Shown piece by piece: positions 9,487 through 20,819 of a DNA stretch of 64,000 nucleotides (positions within the stretch are counted from its first letter, which is position 1; each line of letters opens with the position of its first letter). Where the stretch lies: the NCBI GenBank assembly GCA_963750165.1, contig CAVVPN010000004.1, positions 352,001-416,000 on the forward strand. The letters are read 5' to 3'. The position numbers were made by a program, and so were the translations under genes. The notes below the pieces were generated by a model. The model made no database searches. It was not told where the DNA came from and saw only the letters and a list, made by a program, of their open reading frames with translations. The DNA is from an uncultured Gemmataceae bacterium (GTDB taxonomy: Bacteria; Planctomycetota; Planctomycetia; Gemmatales; Gemmataceae).

Positions 9487-12094
9487 CTATCCCTTTTTCG
9501 ATTGTCGTTTGGGGGGACCAGGCGCCCGCCAGGTCAACCGCGCCAGCGCCGCCAGCGCTTCCTCGGTCTCCTGCGCCCCGGCGCCCGGCGGCCAGCCCCT
9601 TCAGGACGGCCCGCGCCTCGGCCGAGCCGATCCGTTCCAGCACCAGCACGCCGCGCAACGTCCGCAGCGTCTCGCCGGCGTTCGCTGCGTGCTTGCCCAG
9701 CAGGCGCTCGATGTGCCGTGCCGCCGTGGCGGACTTGGTGAGCGGCAGCGCCTGGCGCAGTGCCCGCTCGGCCTGCGGCGTGACCGCCAGCAATGCCTTG
9801 ACCGCGGCGGCGCGCACCGCGGCTTGTTCACTGCTCAGGTCGGTGATCCACTGCTGAATCTTGCCGGCCTCCACGACGGCGAGCGGTTTGAGGCGCGCAC
9901 GCAGCAGCGGCACGGCCTGGGCCGACGCTGCGGCCAGCGCTCCGGCAGCCTGGTACGCTTTCGCCGCGTCGTCGCCGGCCAGTTCCGCCCAGCACGCCTC
10001 CAGTTCCTCCTTGTCGAGCTTTGGCGCCGCCGGCCGGGCCAGGGCCTTGCGCACGTCCCAGACCAGGATCGTGCCGTCGCTCAACCCGGCGGCCAGCGTC
10101 GCCGCGTCCGGTGACAGGGCCAAACTCTTCGCCTCTGATGGCAGGCTGTCGAACCTGGCCAGTTCCTTGCCGGTGCCCGTGTCCCACAAGCGCACGCTGG
10201 GCGTCGCCTGCTTCTGGTTGCCGTTTCTCGTCGTGTCGGTTGTGGCCAGGACGCGGCTGTCCGCTGACCAGGCCAGGGCGCTGATGGTCAGGTCGTGTCC
10301 CTTGAGCCGCAGCAGTTCCTGACCCGTCTGCACCTCCACCAGGCGCACGATACAGTCCCACGACCGCGACGGACAGACGGCCAGCAGCCGGCCGTCGGGG
10401 GAGAGCCCAACGGTGCTCGGATGGGAGTCCGCCTGGTCGTCGGAGAGCGGCCGGACCCACCCCGTCTCCGTGTCAACAATCACATAGCCTTCCCGTTCGC
10501 CCAGCGCCGCCAGCGTCCGGCCGTCGGCGGCGAACCGCGCCTTACTTCTCTGGCCAAGTCGCACATTGAGTCGCCGTTGCTGAAGTTCCTTGCCGGTCGC
10601 CGCGTCCCAGTGTTGCAGCAGCTGCGGCCAGCCGTTCTTGGCCACCGCCGCCGTGAACAGTCGCCGCCCGTCCAGCGCGAACACGGCCGCCGTCATCCCC
10701 AGTTCTCCGAGCACTGGCGGCTCCCTGTCGGCGGTGAGGTCCAGCAGAAACACCTGGTTCTCGGCCTCAGAGTAGTACTTATTCTTTGGGTCTCTGCGGA
10801 ACGCGGCCAACCGCTTGCCGTCCGGCGACAGGGTGAACGCGACGGCCTCGGCGCTGCCCGGCACCGACCGCAGCGGCTTCCAGGTCGCCGTGTCCCAGCG
10901 GCGTAGCGGCCCCAGGCCATCGCCGGAGAACAGCGTCTTGCCGTCCGGCGAAAAGGCCACGCCGGTGACCGGGGCGTCATGACCCCGGAACGCAGTGAAC
11001 AATTCCTTGCCGCTGGCCACGTCCCAGAGACGCACCGCTGGCCCCACGGTGCCGACGGCCACGGTCTTGCCGTCCGGGGACAGTGCCAGGGCGGCGTTGC
11101 GCGAGACACCCGTAGTGTTCGGGTAAAAGCCGTCAATCGTGCGGAAGACCTCCGCGCTGGCCACGTCCCACACCCGGACTTTGCCGTCCTGCGCGCCGAC
11201 CAGCAGCGTTTTGCCGTCGGGGGTGAAGGCCAGGCCGAGGGGATCGGCCGAGTAGTAACTCTGCCCGTTGTCCACGAAGCGGTCGCGTTCCTTACCCGTG
11301 ACCGGGTCGGTCAGAAGGATCAGATTGAGCGTGCCCCAGGCAACGGTCTTGCCGTCCGCGGTGAAGGTGATGGCCGTGACCGGCTTCTTTTTCGTGTTGC
11401 TGAGGCGATGGAGCTTCTTCCCGGAAGCGACGTCCCACAGTTCCAGGGCGTAGCTGCTTTCCCGGTTCGCCATGCGGACGCCCGCCGCCAGGATTTTGCC
11501 GTCGGGGGAGAGGGCGAGGCCGGTAAAATAGCGTTTTTCCGTATCGGTCAAGGTGGTGAATTTGGCGACGCCCGGGTCCAGTACCTGAATCTTGCCGTCC
11601 TGCGCCGCCAGGGCGATGTGGTTGCCGTCCGCGGAAAAGCGAAAAATGCCGCGGCGGTCCATGCCGGGGGGCACGGGCAACTCCTTGCCCGTGGTGAGGT
11701 CCCAGAAGTAGGTGCCGAAGTCCCCCCGGACAATGGCAATGCCTCCGTCGGGAGAAACCGCCCCTTGTTCCGGATACCTGAACCCGCCGCGCTTCACGTT
11801 CGGGCTCGCCAGCCGGCGCAGCTCCTTGCCGGTGGCCGCGTCCCAGACGATGACGCCGGCACTGGTGTAGCCCACCAGTTTCTTGCCGTCGGCACTGAAC
11901 GCCAGCAGGCCGGCGCCGCCCTCGTGGCGGAAGCGCACCGTGCCCAGGCGGGCCGCGACGCCGGCCGGCAACGGATCGCCGTACTGGTCCAGCCGCGGCT
12001 TGTCGCCCTGGTGGGCGGTCAGTCGCGCGGGCTGGTGCGTCAGCAGCCCCGCCAGCAGCAGCGCGGCGGCCACGAGGCGTTTCGTCAGCGACAT
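9487..12094 (-). CDS. Secreted WD40 repeat protein (paralog 2); two single-G deletions near the 3' end
   Basis: Near-identical termini to paralog 1; restoring two Gs in G-runs at ~9575-9590 gives AAGAPGAQETEEALAALARL and stop TAG at 9487. Confidence 0.9.
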
Positions 12095-12208
12095 GATGCC
12101 CCCCTCCCTCGGCCCTGCGGCGGTCTTGCGTCCGGGTGTGACGGTCTTTCGATTATCAGTCGCGGTGCTGGGCGAGTCCAGGAAGATTATCGTCTGGAGG
12201 CCCCCCGG

Positions 12209-14731
12209 TCACGACGGCTTCGGCTCCTCCGCCCCGTCCGGCGGCAGCAGCGCCTCCAGGTCCGCGAACAGGCTCGGCTCTCCCGGCGGCCGCTCGCGCT
12301 TGCGCTTGCGCGGCGGCGGCTCCTTCGTGTGAACGGGGTGCGTCTCCAGTTCCGTCAGCACCGCGCGTGCCCGCTCCAGCACCTCCGCCGGCACGCCCGC
12401 CAGCCGGGCGACGTGAATGCCGTAGCTCTTGTCGGCGCTGCCCGGCGCGATCTTGTGCAGGAAGACAATCTCGTCCTGCACCTCGCGCACCTGCACGTTG
12501 TAGTTGCGCAGGTTCGGCAGCGTGTCCGCCAGCTGGGCCAGTTCGTGGTAGTGCGTCGCGAACAGCGCCCGACAGCCGATCTGGTTGTGCAGGTACTCGG
12601 TGATGGCCCACGCCAGCGACACGCCGTCGTAGGTGCTGGTGCCGCGGCCGATCTCGTCGAGGATCACCAGGCTGCGCGCCGTCGCGTTGTTGAGGATGTT
12701 CGCCGCCTCGGTCATCTCCACCATGAACGTGCTCTGCCCGCGGCCCAGCTCGTCGCTGGCGCCGACGCGCGTGAAGATGCGATCCGCTATCCCCACCCGC
12801 GCTCGCTTCGCCGGCACAAAACTGCCCAGCTGCGCCAGCAGCGTCAGCAGTGCGGCCTGCTTGATAAAAACGCTTTTGCCGGCCATGTTGGGCCCGGTCA
12901 CCAGCCAGACCAGCCCCGCCTCCGGCCCGAGGTGCAGGTCGTTGGGCACGACGGTCCCCGGCGGCAGCGTCTGGTCGAGCACCGGATGCCGGCCCTCTTC
13001 CAGTTCCAGCACCGGCTCCGCGACCAGTTCCGGCCGGCAATAATTCCGCGACACCGCCAGCTCCGCCAGGCCGGCCAGCACGTCCAGCGTCGCCATCACC
13101 TCCGCCGCCGCCAGCAGTCGCCCCGTCTGCGCCGCCACCTGGTCGCGCAGCGCCACGAACAGATCGAATTCGCGCTGGTGGCTGCGTTCCTCCGAGGTCA
13201 GCACCTTTTCCTCGTACTCCTTCAACTCCGGCGTGATGTAGCGCTCGGCGTTCTTGAGCGTCTGTTTGCGCTGGTAGTCCGCCGGGATGCGCGTGACGTG
13301 CGTGTGCGTGATCTCGATGTAGTAGCCGAACACCTTGTTGAAGCCGACCTTCAGCGAGTTGATGCCGGTGCGCGTGATCTCCTGCGTCTGGTAACGCGCG
13401 ATCCAGTCCTTGCCGCCGCGCATGATCGTCCGCAGTTCGTCCAGCTCGGCGTTGTAGCCGTCGCGGATGATGCCGCCCTCCTTGGCGATCTGCGGCGGAT
13501 CGTCCACCAGCGCCCCGTCCAGCGCCTCCCGCAGGTCCGGACACAGCTCCAGCCGGGCGTCGAGCTGATTCAGCAGCGCCGACCTGCGGGCCGTCAACTT
13601 GGCCTTGAGGCGTGGCAACAGCCGCAGCGTGCGGGCGATGGCGGCCAGGTCACGCGGCGTGGCCCGGCCGGTGCTCACTCGCGCCGTCAGCCGTTGCAGG
13701 TCCAGCGCGTCCGCCAGGGTCGCGCGCACGTCCTGGCGCAGGCCCGTGTCGCCCTTGAGTTCCGCAACCGCATCCAGCCGCGCTTCGATGCGGCCGCGAT
13801 CGGTCAGCGGCGCCACCAGCCACTCTTGCAGCAGCCGCGCCCCCATCGGCGTCACGCTGCGGTCCAGCAGCGACAGCAGCGAACCCTGCCGTTCGCCCTC
13901 GCGCAGCGTCCGTGTCAGTTCCAGGCTGCGGCGCGTCACCTCGTCCAGCAGCAAATGCTGATCGGCGCGGTAGGGCCGCAGCCGCGTGATGTGGACCAGG
14001 CTCGCCTTCAGCGTCTCTTCCAGGTACAGCAGCACCGCCCCCGCGGCGCAGATGCACGCCTGGAAGTCGTCGAAGCCGAAGCCGGCCAGCGTCGAGACGT
14101 TGAAGTGACGGAACAGGATGGCGCGGGCGGAGTCGTTGTCGAAGGTCCAGTCCGGCCGCGGCGTCTGCACCGCGGCGGCCGCGGCGCTGTGCAGCGGCTC
14201 CGCCAAACGGCCGGCGTCACGCTCGGCGACCAGGCACTCCGCCGGAGCCAGCCGGCCCAGCTCGTCCGCCAGGCGCGACCACGGCACGTCAGCGGCGAAG
14301 AAGGCACCGGTCGTCAGCTCGACCCAGGCCAGGCCACAGACGGGGCCGCGCGGCACCAGACTGACGAGATGGTTCGCCTTGCGCGGGTCGAGCAGGTCGT
14401 CCTCGGTGACGGTGCCGGGCGTGACCACGCGCGTCACCTCGCGGCGCACCAGCCCCTTCGCCAGCGCCGGGTCCTCGACCTGATCGCAGACGGCGACGCG
14501 GTGGCCGGCGCGGAGCAGCTTGCGCAGGTGCGGCTCCAGGGCGTGGTGCGGGAAGCCGGCCATGGGAATGGTCTTGTCGCGGCTGGTGAGCGTCAGGCCG
14601 AGCACGCGCGACGCCACCTCGGCGTCGTCGGCGAACAGCTCGAAAAAGTCGCCCATGCGGAACAGCAGCAGCATCCCGGGGTGGGCCGCCCTGGCCTCCT
14701 GGTACTGCTGCATCATCGGCGTCAGGGTCAT
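12209..14731 (-). CDS. mutS: DNA mismatch repair protein MutS
   Basis: TPMMQQY, FRMGDFFELF, TGPNMAGKS, DEIGRGTST, FATHYHEL, SYGIHVA. Confidence 0.98.
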   Translation of the reverse strand: MTLTPMMQQYQEARAAHPGMLLLFRMGDFFELFADDAEVASRVLGLTLTSRDKTIPMAGFPHHALEPHLRKLLRAGHRVAVCDQVEDPALAKGLVRREVTRVVTPGTVTEDDLLDPRKANHLVSLVPRGPVCGLAWVELTTGAFFAADVPWSRLADELGRLAPAECLVAERDAGRLAEPLHSAAAAAVQTPRPDWTFDNDSARAILFRHFNVSTLAGFGFDDFQACICAAGAVLLYLEETLKASLVHITRLRPYRADQHLLLDEVTRRSLELTRTLREGERQGSLLSLLDRSVTPMGARLLQEWLVAPLTDRGRIEARLDAVAELKGDTGLRQDVRATLADALDLQRLTARVSTGRATPRDLAAIARTLRLLPRLKAKLTARRSALLNQLDARLELCPDLREALDGALVDDPPQIAKEGGIIRDGYNAELDELRTIMRGGKDWIARYQTQEITRTGINSLKVGFNKVFGYYIEITHTHVTRIPADYQRKQTLKNAERYITPELKEYEEKVLTSEERSHQREFDLFVALRDQVAAQTGRLLAAAEVMATLDVLAGLAELAVSRNYCRPELVAEPVLELEEGRHPVLDQTLPPGTVVPNDLHLGPEAGLVWLVTGPNMAGKSVFIKQAALLTLLAQLGSFVPAKRARVGIADRIFTRVGASDELGRGQSTFMVEMTEAANILNNATARSLVILDEIGRGTSTYDGVSLAWAITEYLHNQIGCRALFATHYHELAQLADTLPNLRNYNVQVREVQDEIVFLHKIAPGSADKSYGIHVARLAGVPAEVLERARAVLTELETHPVHTKEPPPRKRKRERPPGEPSLFADLEALLPPDGAEEPKPS

Positions 14732-14769
14732 GGGATTGTTGGGGTGAAGTGGCAATCCTGGTGGAAAGA

Positions 14770-14838
14770 GGCGAGCGGCGCGGCGTCAGCCCGCCGGTAA
14801 CTGTGCAGCCCCGGCGGGCTGACGCCGCGCCGCTCGCC
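14770..14838. repeat. REP-like palindrome family 1 (28-bp arms GGCGAGCGGCGCGGCGTCAGCCCGCCGG)
   Basis: Perfect inverted arms 14770-14797/14811-14838; same arms at 31338-31405, half copy at 36276-36302. Confidence 0.9.
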
Positions 14839-14881
14839 AGACGCCTCCTTCCGCCACCGCTTCCAAGACAGCGACCGGCGG

Positions 14882-15331
14882 TTACTTGGCGCCGTTGGCG
14901 CAATGGCGGACCTTGCACATGAACAGGCGGTTGCCGGGCGGGTCGAACACCACCTCGGTCATGTAGTGCTTCATCAGCAGCAAACCACGGCCGCAGGGGC
15001 GCTCGAGGTTCTCGTCGGCAAAGGGGTCGGGCACGTCGGTGGGGTCGAAGCCGGGGCCTTCGTCGATAATGCGGATGTCGAAGCGCTCGGCACAAACGCG
15101 GTAGCTGATGTGGACGTTCTTGTTGCGGTCGAGCTGGTTGCCGTGCTTGATGGCGTTGACCAGCGCTTCTTCCAGGGCGAGACGGATGCTAAAGATTTCA
15201 CGCTCCTCGAAGCAATGACGTTTCAGGTCCGCCTCGATGTCGTCCTGTAGCCGGCGGGCCTCGGCGGGGTCGCTCGGGATCACCACCGACCGAGCCCCAT
15301 CCTGGGTCGCAGTCTGGGTTGGTTTTCTCAT
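14882..15331 (-). CDS. Anti-sigma factor Ser/Thr kinase (RsbW/SpoIIAB-like HATPase)
   Basis: LALEEALVNAIKHGN, IIDEGPGFDP, GRGLLLM; adjacent to STAS gene. Confidence 0.92.
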   Translation of the reverse strand: MRKPTQTATQDGARSVVIPSDPAEARRLQDDIEADLKRHCFEEREIFSIRLALEEALVNAIKHGNQLDRNKNVHISYRVCAERFDIRIIDEGPGFDPTDVPDPFADENLERPCGRGLLLMKHYMTEVVFDPPGNRLFMCKVRHCANGAK

Positions 15332-15431
15332 GACACCGTTCTCGTCCCCAAGGAGTATCTTCACGAGACCACACCTCCTGCAGAGCGCCAAGCCGCAAGC
15401 GGCAGAGCGCACGCCGCCAACGGCAGCGGGC

Positions 15432-15794
15432 CTAGATCTCCTGCATCGCTGTCTGCTCGTCCTTCTTGATGTTGAACAGCTTGTTGAGCTTGGTGATCTC
15501 GAACACCTCGTAAATCTGCGGGTCGATGTTGCACAGCACCAGCCGGCCGCCGGCGGCGTTCACCTTCTTGTTCAGGGTGATGAACTTGCCCAGCGCCGCG
15601 CTGGAGAGGTATTCGACATTGCCGAAGTTCAACAGCAGTTTGCGCCGGCCCAGTTCATCGACCAGCCGGAAGAGTTGTTCGCCGATCAGCTGAATATTCT
15701 GCTCGTCAAGGATTTTTTTGTCGGTGAAGTTGACGACCGTGACGTCGCCAATGTCCTCGACTTCCAGCCGCTGCCGACGTGGTTGCGACGACAT
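15432..15794 (-). CDS. STAS-domain anti-sigma factor antagonist
   Basis: LLLNFGNVEYLSSAALGK...EVFEITKL. Confidence 0.93.
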   Translation of the reverse strand: MSSQPRRQRLEVEDIGDVTVVNFTDKKILDEQNIQLIGEQLFRLVDELGRRKLLLNFGNVEYLSSAALGKFITLNKKVNAAGGRLVLCNIDPQIYEVFEITKLNKLFNIKKDEQTAMQEI

Positions 15795-16041
15795 AGTCCG
15801 AACTCCTTCATTACTGCACTGGTCGGCCGCGGTGCGTTCCTCCCGCGGCCGAAGGATGATCCGGATAGGGATTCTGGATCAGAATATGAATGTTAGCGCG
15901 AACGATCCAGATGTCAAGCTTTTTCCGAAGCAATCATTCTCGATCCTGGCGCCGCGGGGCGGCACGGGCAGCAACCCCGCTGTCTCTCTCCGGATTGTAT
16001 CACCTTTCCTGATTCTGGGTATCCCCCCGGTGGGCGCCGGC

Positions 16042-18113
16042 TCACTTGCCGTCCTTCGCCGGCAGCGTCTGGATGAAGTGCCACAGGGCGTCGAACTGAC
16101 GGCGCGCATCGCCGTCGAGCACGTCGCGCAGCGGCGTCGTTTTGCCGTCGATTGCCAGCTTCGGCATGCGCGTGATGGTATCGACGTGCGGCGGGTCCAG
16201 CATCCAGCGCGGGTAGTAGCTGTAGCGCAGTCGATCCGCTGCGTCGCGCAGGTTGATGCCGTGCGCCTCGAACGGCGCCACCGCCGGCTGCTTGCCGACC
16301 GCGTGACACTGCACGCAATTCAACCCACCCTGCTGCACGATCAGCTTCGCTCCGATCTCCGCCAGCTTCGCGTCGCGCTTCGGCCGCGGGTCCTCGGAGA
16401 CGCCGAAGCCGTGCTCCTGCGACAGGCCCGCGGCCAGCAGGTCGGCGCGAACCGGAAAGGCGGGCATCCGCGTCTTGAACCACGGCCGCGCCCGGTGATC
16501 GTGCTGACCGTGCAGCAGCTTGACCGTCCAGTCCGGCTTGAGTTTTTCGCCTGTCCACGTCAACAGCGGCAGCACCTCCGCCTGGGCGCCGCCGCCCTCG
16601 TCCTCGAAGACCACCTGCAGGCGGCTGTAGTTGCCGTCGCGACGGTGGCAGGCGGTGCATTGCAGGTACTTCATCTGCCGCAGTGAGAACTCCGCGGCCG
16701 TCTCGCGCTTCAGCGACCTGCCGTCGCTCTCCAGGAATTTGCGCAGCCCCCGCACCTGCGCGGCGTCCAGCGCGAACTCCGGGGCGCGACCGCGGCCGGC
16801 GGCGTCGCTGGCCAGGCAACCTTTCATCAGGCCGGCGCCGCCTGGCGACGCGAGGTGCGCTTCCGGCGTCGCTCCGCCCGGCTTGGTGGTGTGACACTGC
16901 ACGCAATCCGCCGTCTGAAACAATTTGGCCCCACGCTCGGCGCTGGCGGTTTTGACCGTGGCCGACGCGGGGACGGTGCCCTTCGCCTCCTCGCGCAGGA
17001 ACGCGGCAATGGCGCCGGCCTCGGCGTCCTTCAACTTGAAGTCGGGCATGCGCGTCCAGGGGTTGTGGGCGTGCGGTGCCTTCAGGAACGCCGCCAGAGC
17101 CCCTGGTTGATACTTCGCGTTGACGAGGTACAGCGACAGGCGTTTGTGCGCGTCCTTCTGCTGCGGACCCTGCACGTGATGGCAGGCGATGCAGCCGACC
17201 TCCGTGAACAGCTTTTCGCCCTGCTTGACGACCTCCGCGCCGCTCTTCGGTGCCGCATATTTCTCGTCCTCGATCAGCGTCGCCAGATACGCTGCCAGGT
17301 CCGCGGCCTGTTGCGGCGTCTGGTCGCCGTGCAGCACACGCGGCATCAGCGCCTCGGGCCGCAGCGCCCGCGGATGCTCGATCCAGCGCGCAGCCAGTCC
17401 GCTTTCAGGCGCCGGCCGGCGTTGGCGAGGTTCGGGCCGCCCTGCTTCAACTCCGGCATGGCGCTCTCGCCGACCGTCACCTTGCCGGGCAGCGCGTGGC
17501 AGTGAGCACAGCCGCGCGTGGCGTACAGGAAGCGGCCCTCGCGCAGGTCGGTGCCGGCGACCAGGTCCGCCTCGTCGTTGCGCGAGAACAGCAGGTCCGG
17601 CGGCAGCGGCTCCCAGGTGAAGCCCTCGCCGGCCCAGAAGACACGCAGCGTCGCGTCGCCCTGGGGCGGCCCCTGGTAGGCGACCTCGACCAGGTTGTAG
17701 CCCTTGAGCAGATCGACCGTGGCGTCCTTCTGCGCGGCCACGCCGTCCTTCGTCCGCAGGACTTCCTTGCCATTGAGGCGCAGCACGGCGGCACCGTTGC
17801 CGAACATCTGGAACGCATAGGTGCCCTTGAGCGGCAGCTTCAGATAGGCGCTGAATTTCGCCTGGACCGGGCCGGGCGCGAGCAGCAGGCTCGGCGGCGA
17901 GCCGGCGGCCACGTGCAGCGCCACCAGGCGCACGCGCCGCGTGTCGAGCAGCTTGTCATCGGGGCCGAAAAAGCGCAGCGTCACACCGCGGTCCAGTTTG
18001 GCCTGCTGTGCTTTGGTGAGCTTGCCGGGCTTGAACGGCGGTTCGCCGCCTCCGGAGAACCAGGCCACGCCGGTCACGGCCAGCAGGGCGAACAGGAGCA
18101 ACGAACGCACCAT
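16042..18113 (-). CDS. Secreted multi-domain cytochrome c (PA14-like N-terminus, 5 CxxCH); apparent 1-nt deletion ~17390
   Basis: CAHCH, CIACH, CVQCH, CTACH, CVQCH with RMP motifs; adding one G gives ADWLARWIEHPRALRPEALMP and joins the two ORFs. Confidence 0.82.
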
Positions 18114-18132
18114 CTCCTCTCCTCTGGCTACG

Positions 18133-18170
18133 AAAAGGCGGGTGCCGCCAACCTGGCGACACCCGCCTTT
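18133..18170 (-). terminator. Probable intrinsic terminator after the hydrolase gene
   Basis: ~17-bp near-perfect stem ending in a short T-run on the minus strand, 26 bp after the stop codon. Confidence 0.55.
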
Positions 18171-18195
18171 GGATTGCGGGAGCCTTGATTCCAGT

Positions 18196-19050
18196 TTACT
18201 TTTTGGCCAGGTGCCTGTCCAGGAACGCCACGGCGAGGGCCTGGGCGCTCAGCGCGTGGAACATGTTGAAATTGTCGCGCTCGAAGAACATGTGGTCGCA
18301 GGGGTAAATCTTCTCCTCGACATGGTTCTTCCTGGCCTTGAGGACGGTGCGCAGGTCATAGGCCTCCTTGACCGGCACGATGCTGTCGCGCTCGCCGTGG
18401 ATGATGAGCACCGGCGGCATCTTCTTCACCTCCGGGTGCAGCTCGCGCGGCAGGCCGCCGAACAACTCGACCACCGCGGACACGCCGAGGTCCGGTTCCG
18501 TCACCGCCGTGGACACAGCCACGAAGCCGCCCAGCGAAAAGCCCACCAAAGCGACGCGCTCGCCATCAATGTTGGGCTGGCGCCGCGCGAACTTGACGCC
18601 ATCGCTCGCCGCCGCCATCCAGTGGCGGAACAGAGTGCGGATTTCCTCGATGCGCGCCGCCTTGCCGCCGCCGACCAGCATCGTCTTGATGTCCGTCTCC
18701 AGCGCCTTCACGTCGTCGCTGTCGCGGCGGGTGCGATCGAAGTAGTGAACGAAATAGACGGCGTAGCCCCGTTCCGCCAGGTTCCGGGCCACCAGGTCGT
18801 ACTTGTCGGCGAACCGATCCAGGCCGCCCAGACCCTCCACGCCGTGCAGCAGCACCAGGGCCGGGTGCTTGCCGGCCTTGGTCGGCTCGTAGATCCACAC
18901 GCCGACGTTCTGGCCGGCCGAGGCGAAGGTCGTGACTGTCTTGGTGCTGGCCGGTGTCTTCGACTGCGCGGTAGCGGGTTCGGTGAACGCCAAAGCGAGA
19001 GTCAGGGCGCCGCACAGTGCGGCCGCCTGGTAATGCGTGGTGTGTAACAT
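18196..19050 (-). CDS. Secreted dienelactone-hydrolase-family alpha/beta hydrolase
   Basis: Signal peptide; GFSLGG nucleophile elbow; HGERD; DHMF. Confidence 0.88.
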   Translation of the reverse strand: MLHTTHYQAAALCGALTLALAFTEPATAQSKTPASTKTVTTFASAGQNVGVWIYEPTKAGKHPALVLLHGVEGLGGLDRFADKYDLVARNLAERGYAVYFVHYFDRTRRDSDDVKALETDIKTMLVGGGKAARIEEIRTLFRHWMAAASDGVKFARRQPNIDGERVALVGFSLGGFVAVSTAVTEPDLGVSAVVELFGGLPRELHPEVKKMPPVLIIHGERDSIVPVKEAYDLRTVLKARKNHVEEKIYPCDHMFFERDNFNMFHALSAQALAVAFLDRHLAKK

Positions 19051-19132
19051 GCTCCGGTCTCCGAGGCTGGGGCGCGATCTCTCCTCTTTAGTATACACGG
19101 GTAATCTGACAGCGCCCTGGCGATTCTGGTTT

Positions 19133-19202
19133 CTGGTCGGAGCCCGAGCGCCAGCGCGGGGCCAAGCAGGCCCCCCCGCGCTGGTGCTCGGGCTCCGACC
19201 AG
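19133..19202. repeat. REP-like palindrome (29-bp arms CTGGTCGGAGCCCGAGCGCCAGCGCGGGG)
   Basis: Inverted arms 19133-19161/19174-19202 with one mismatch. Confidence 0.8.
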
Positions 19203-19284
19203 TGAGGTTGCCGGTTGCGGAACGGCTGCTCAGTCGGCAGCGCCGCCGCAGTTTACCCGGTTTATTTTGCCGATCATCGCGGGG

Positions 19285-19406
19285 CGCTCTTCCGCGCCTG
19301 GCTCGACGCCGCCTTCACCGACTGCCCCGAGTTGTTCCCCAAGGCCTGCGCCGCTTCGGCGTCCCCTTCTGGGCCATCGCCACGTCTTCGGCAAAGACCA
19401 CTCATA
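19285..19406 (+). pseudogene. Probable degraded transposase fragment
   Basis: LFRAWLDAAFTDCPELFPKA then LRRFGVPFWAIA(H)VFGKDHSY in shifted frames; resembles from memory a planctomycete/cyanobacterial IS family. Confidence 0.45.
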
Positions 19407-19484
19407 TTACCCCGGCAGCTAACATGGTCGCGTAGGACGGCTCTCCAGAGCCGTCCTACGTGACCATGTTAGCTGCCGGGGTAA
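19407..19484. repeat. 78-bp near-perfect palindrome with a GTAG-type REP at its centre
   Basis: TTACCCCGGCAGCTAACATGGTC...GTAGGACGGCTCTCCAGAGCCGTCCTAC...GACCATGTTAGCTGCCGGGGTAA. Confidence 0.9.
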
Positions 19485-19511
19485 GACTTCAGAAGCAACG
19501 GCACGTACGTC

Positions 19512-20624
19512 TCAGCCCCTGTCCTTGCTTTCAAGTCCCGTGGGCCCGCACTGCGCCCGCCAGCGCAGCCAGTGGTCCGCGAGCACCAGCGCCACCATCG
19601 CCTCGCCCATCGGCACGAAGCGCGGCAGCAGGCACGGGTCGTGCCGGCCGCGCGTGGCGATGGTCGTCGGCTCGCCGGCGCGGGTGACGGTGCGCTGCGG
19701 CCGCGGCAGGCTGCTGGTCGGCTTGATCGCCACGCGGCAGACGATCGGCTCACCGCTGCTGATGCCGCCGAGCATGCCACCGTGGCGATTGGTCTCGGTG
19801 CCGATGCGGCCCGCCTTCGGCACAAACGCATCATTGTTTTCGCTGCCGCGCAGCCGCGCCACGGCGAAACCCGCTCCATACTCGAACGCCGTCACCGCCG
19901 GCAGCGACAGCAGCGCCTTCGCCAGGTCCGCTTTCAGCTTGTCGAACACCGGTTCGCCGAGCCCCGCCGGCACGCCCGTCGCCACCAGCTCGCAGACGCC
20001 GCCGATGGAGTCCTGGTCCTTGCGCACCGCCTCGATCAACGCGATCATCGCCGCCGCCTTCGCCGCGTCCGGGCAGCGCACCGGCGTCGCCTCCACCTGC
20101 TCCAGCGTCACCGTCGTCGGGTCGGCGACCTCCGCGATCACGTCGCCGACCTGCTTGACGTAGCCGACGATGCCGACGCCGTGCTGCCGCAACAGCTTTT
20201 TCGCCACGGCCCCGGCGGCGACGCGGCAGATCGTTTCGCGAGCGCTGGAGCGGCCGCCGCCACGGTAGTCGCGGTGACCGTACTTCGCGTCGAAGGTGAA
20301 GTCGGCGTGACCGGGCCGGTATCTGTCCTGGATGTCGCTGTAGTCGTGGCTGCGCTGGTCGGTGTTGCGGAACAGGATGCCGATGGAGGTGCCGTCGGTC
20401 TTGCCCTCGAAAACGCCGGACCAGATTTCCGGCTCGTCCTCCTCCTGGCGCTGCGTGACGATCTTCGACTGCCCCGGCCGGCGGCGGCGTAGGTCCGGCA
20501 GCAAATCCTCGACGCCCAGCGGCAGCCCCGGCGGACAGCCGTCGATGATGGCGAGGTAGCCGGGGCCATGGCTGACGCCCGCGGTGGTGACGCGAAACAG
20601 TTCGCCGAAGCTGTTGCCTGGCAT
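19512..20624 (-). CDS. aroC: Chorismate synthase
   Basis: [42 protein letters not shown]. Confidence 0.97.
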   Translation of the reverse strand: MPGNSFGELFRVTTAGVSHGPGYLAIIDGCPPGLPLGVEDLLPDLRRRRPGQSKIVTQRQEEDEPEIWSGVFEGKTDGTSIGILFRNTDQRSHDYSDIQDRYRPGHADFTFDAKYGHRDYRGGGRSSARETICRVAAGAVAKKLLRQHGVGIVGYVKQVGDVIAEVADPTTVTLEQVEATPVRCPDAAKAAAMIALIEAVRKDQDSIGGVCELVATGVPAGLGEPVFDKLKADLAKALLSLPAVTAFEYGAGFAVARLRGSENNDAFVPKAGRIGTETNRHGGMLGGISSGEPIVCRVAIKPTSSLPRPQRTVTRAGEPTTIATRGRHDPCLLPRFVPMGEAMVALVLADHWLRWRAQCGPTGLESKDRG

Positions 20625-20708
20625 GGCGCGGTCCCGTGGTGCGACGAGCGGCGCCGCGGCGCCGGCACCGTCATCATATCCCGCCGGGTCGCCGCGTGCG
20701 ATTCTTCT

Positions 20709-20745
20709 CTCCCCACCCCAACCCTCCCCCACCAGGGGGAGGGAG
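20709..20745 (+). repeat. CCCCACCCCAACCCTCCCCC...GGGGGAGGG-type intergenic repeat unit
   Basis: Single copy with CCCTCCCCC/GGGGGAGGG hairpin; resembles a widespread high-GC intergenic repeat. Confidence 0.55.
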
Positions 20746-20819
20746 TCAAGCCCGTTGCTGGCCGCCGCCGGACGTGGTACAACAGCACGGTCATCGTCAC
20801 CGCCCTCGGAGAAATTCCC

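Noticed and set aside
10979..14800. Long antisense ORFs (1273 aa here; also 7779-9857, 42962-45418, 49505-51664 and others)
   Set aside because: These are shadows of real genes caused by high-GC codon bias and show no recognisable motifs.
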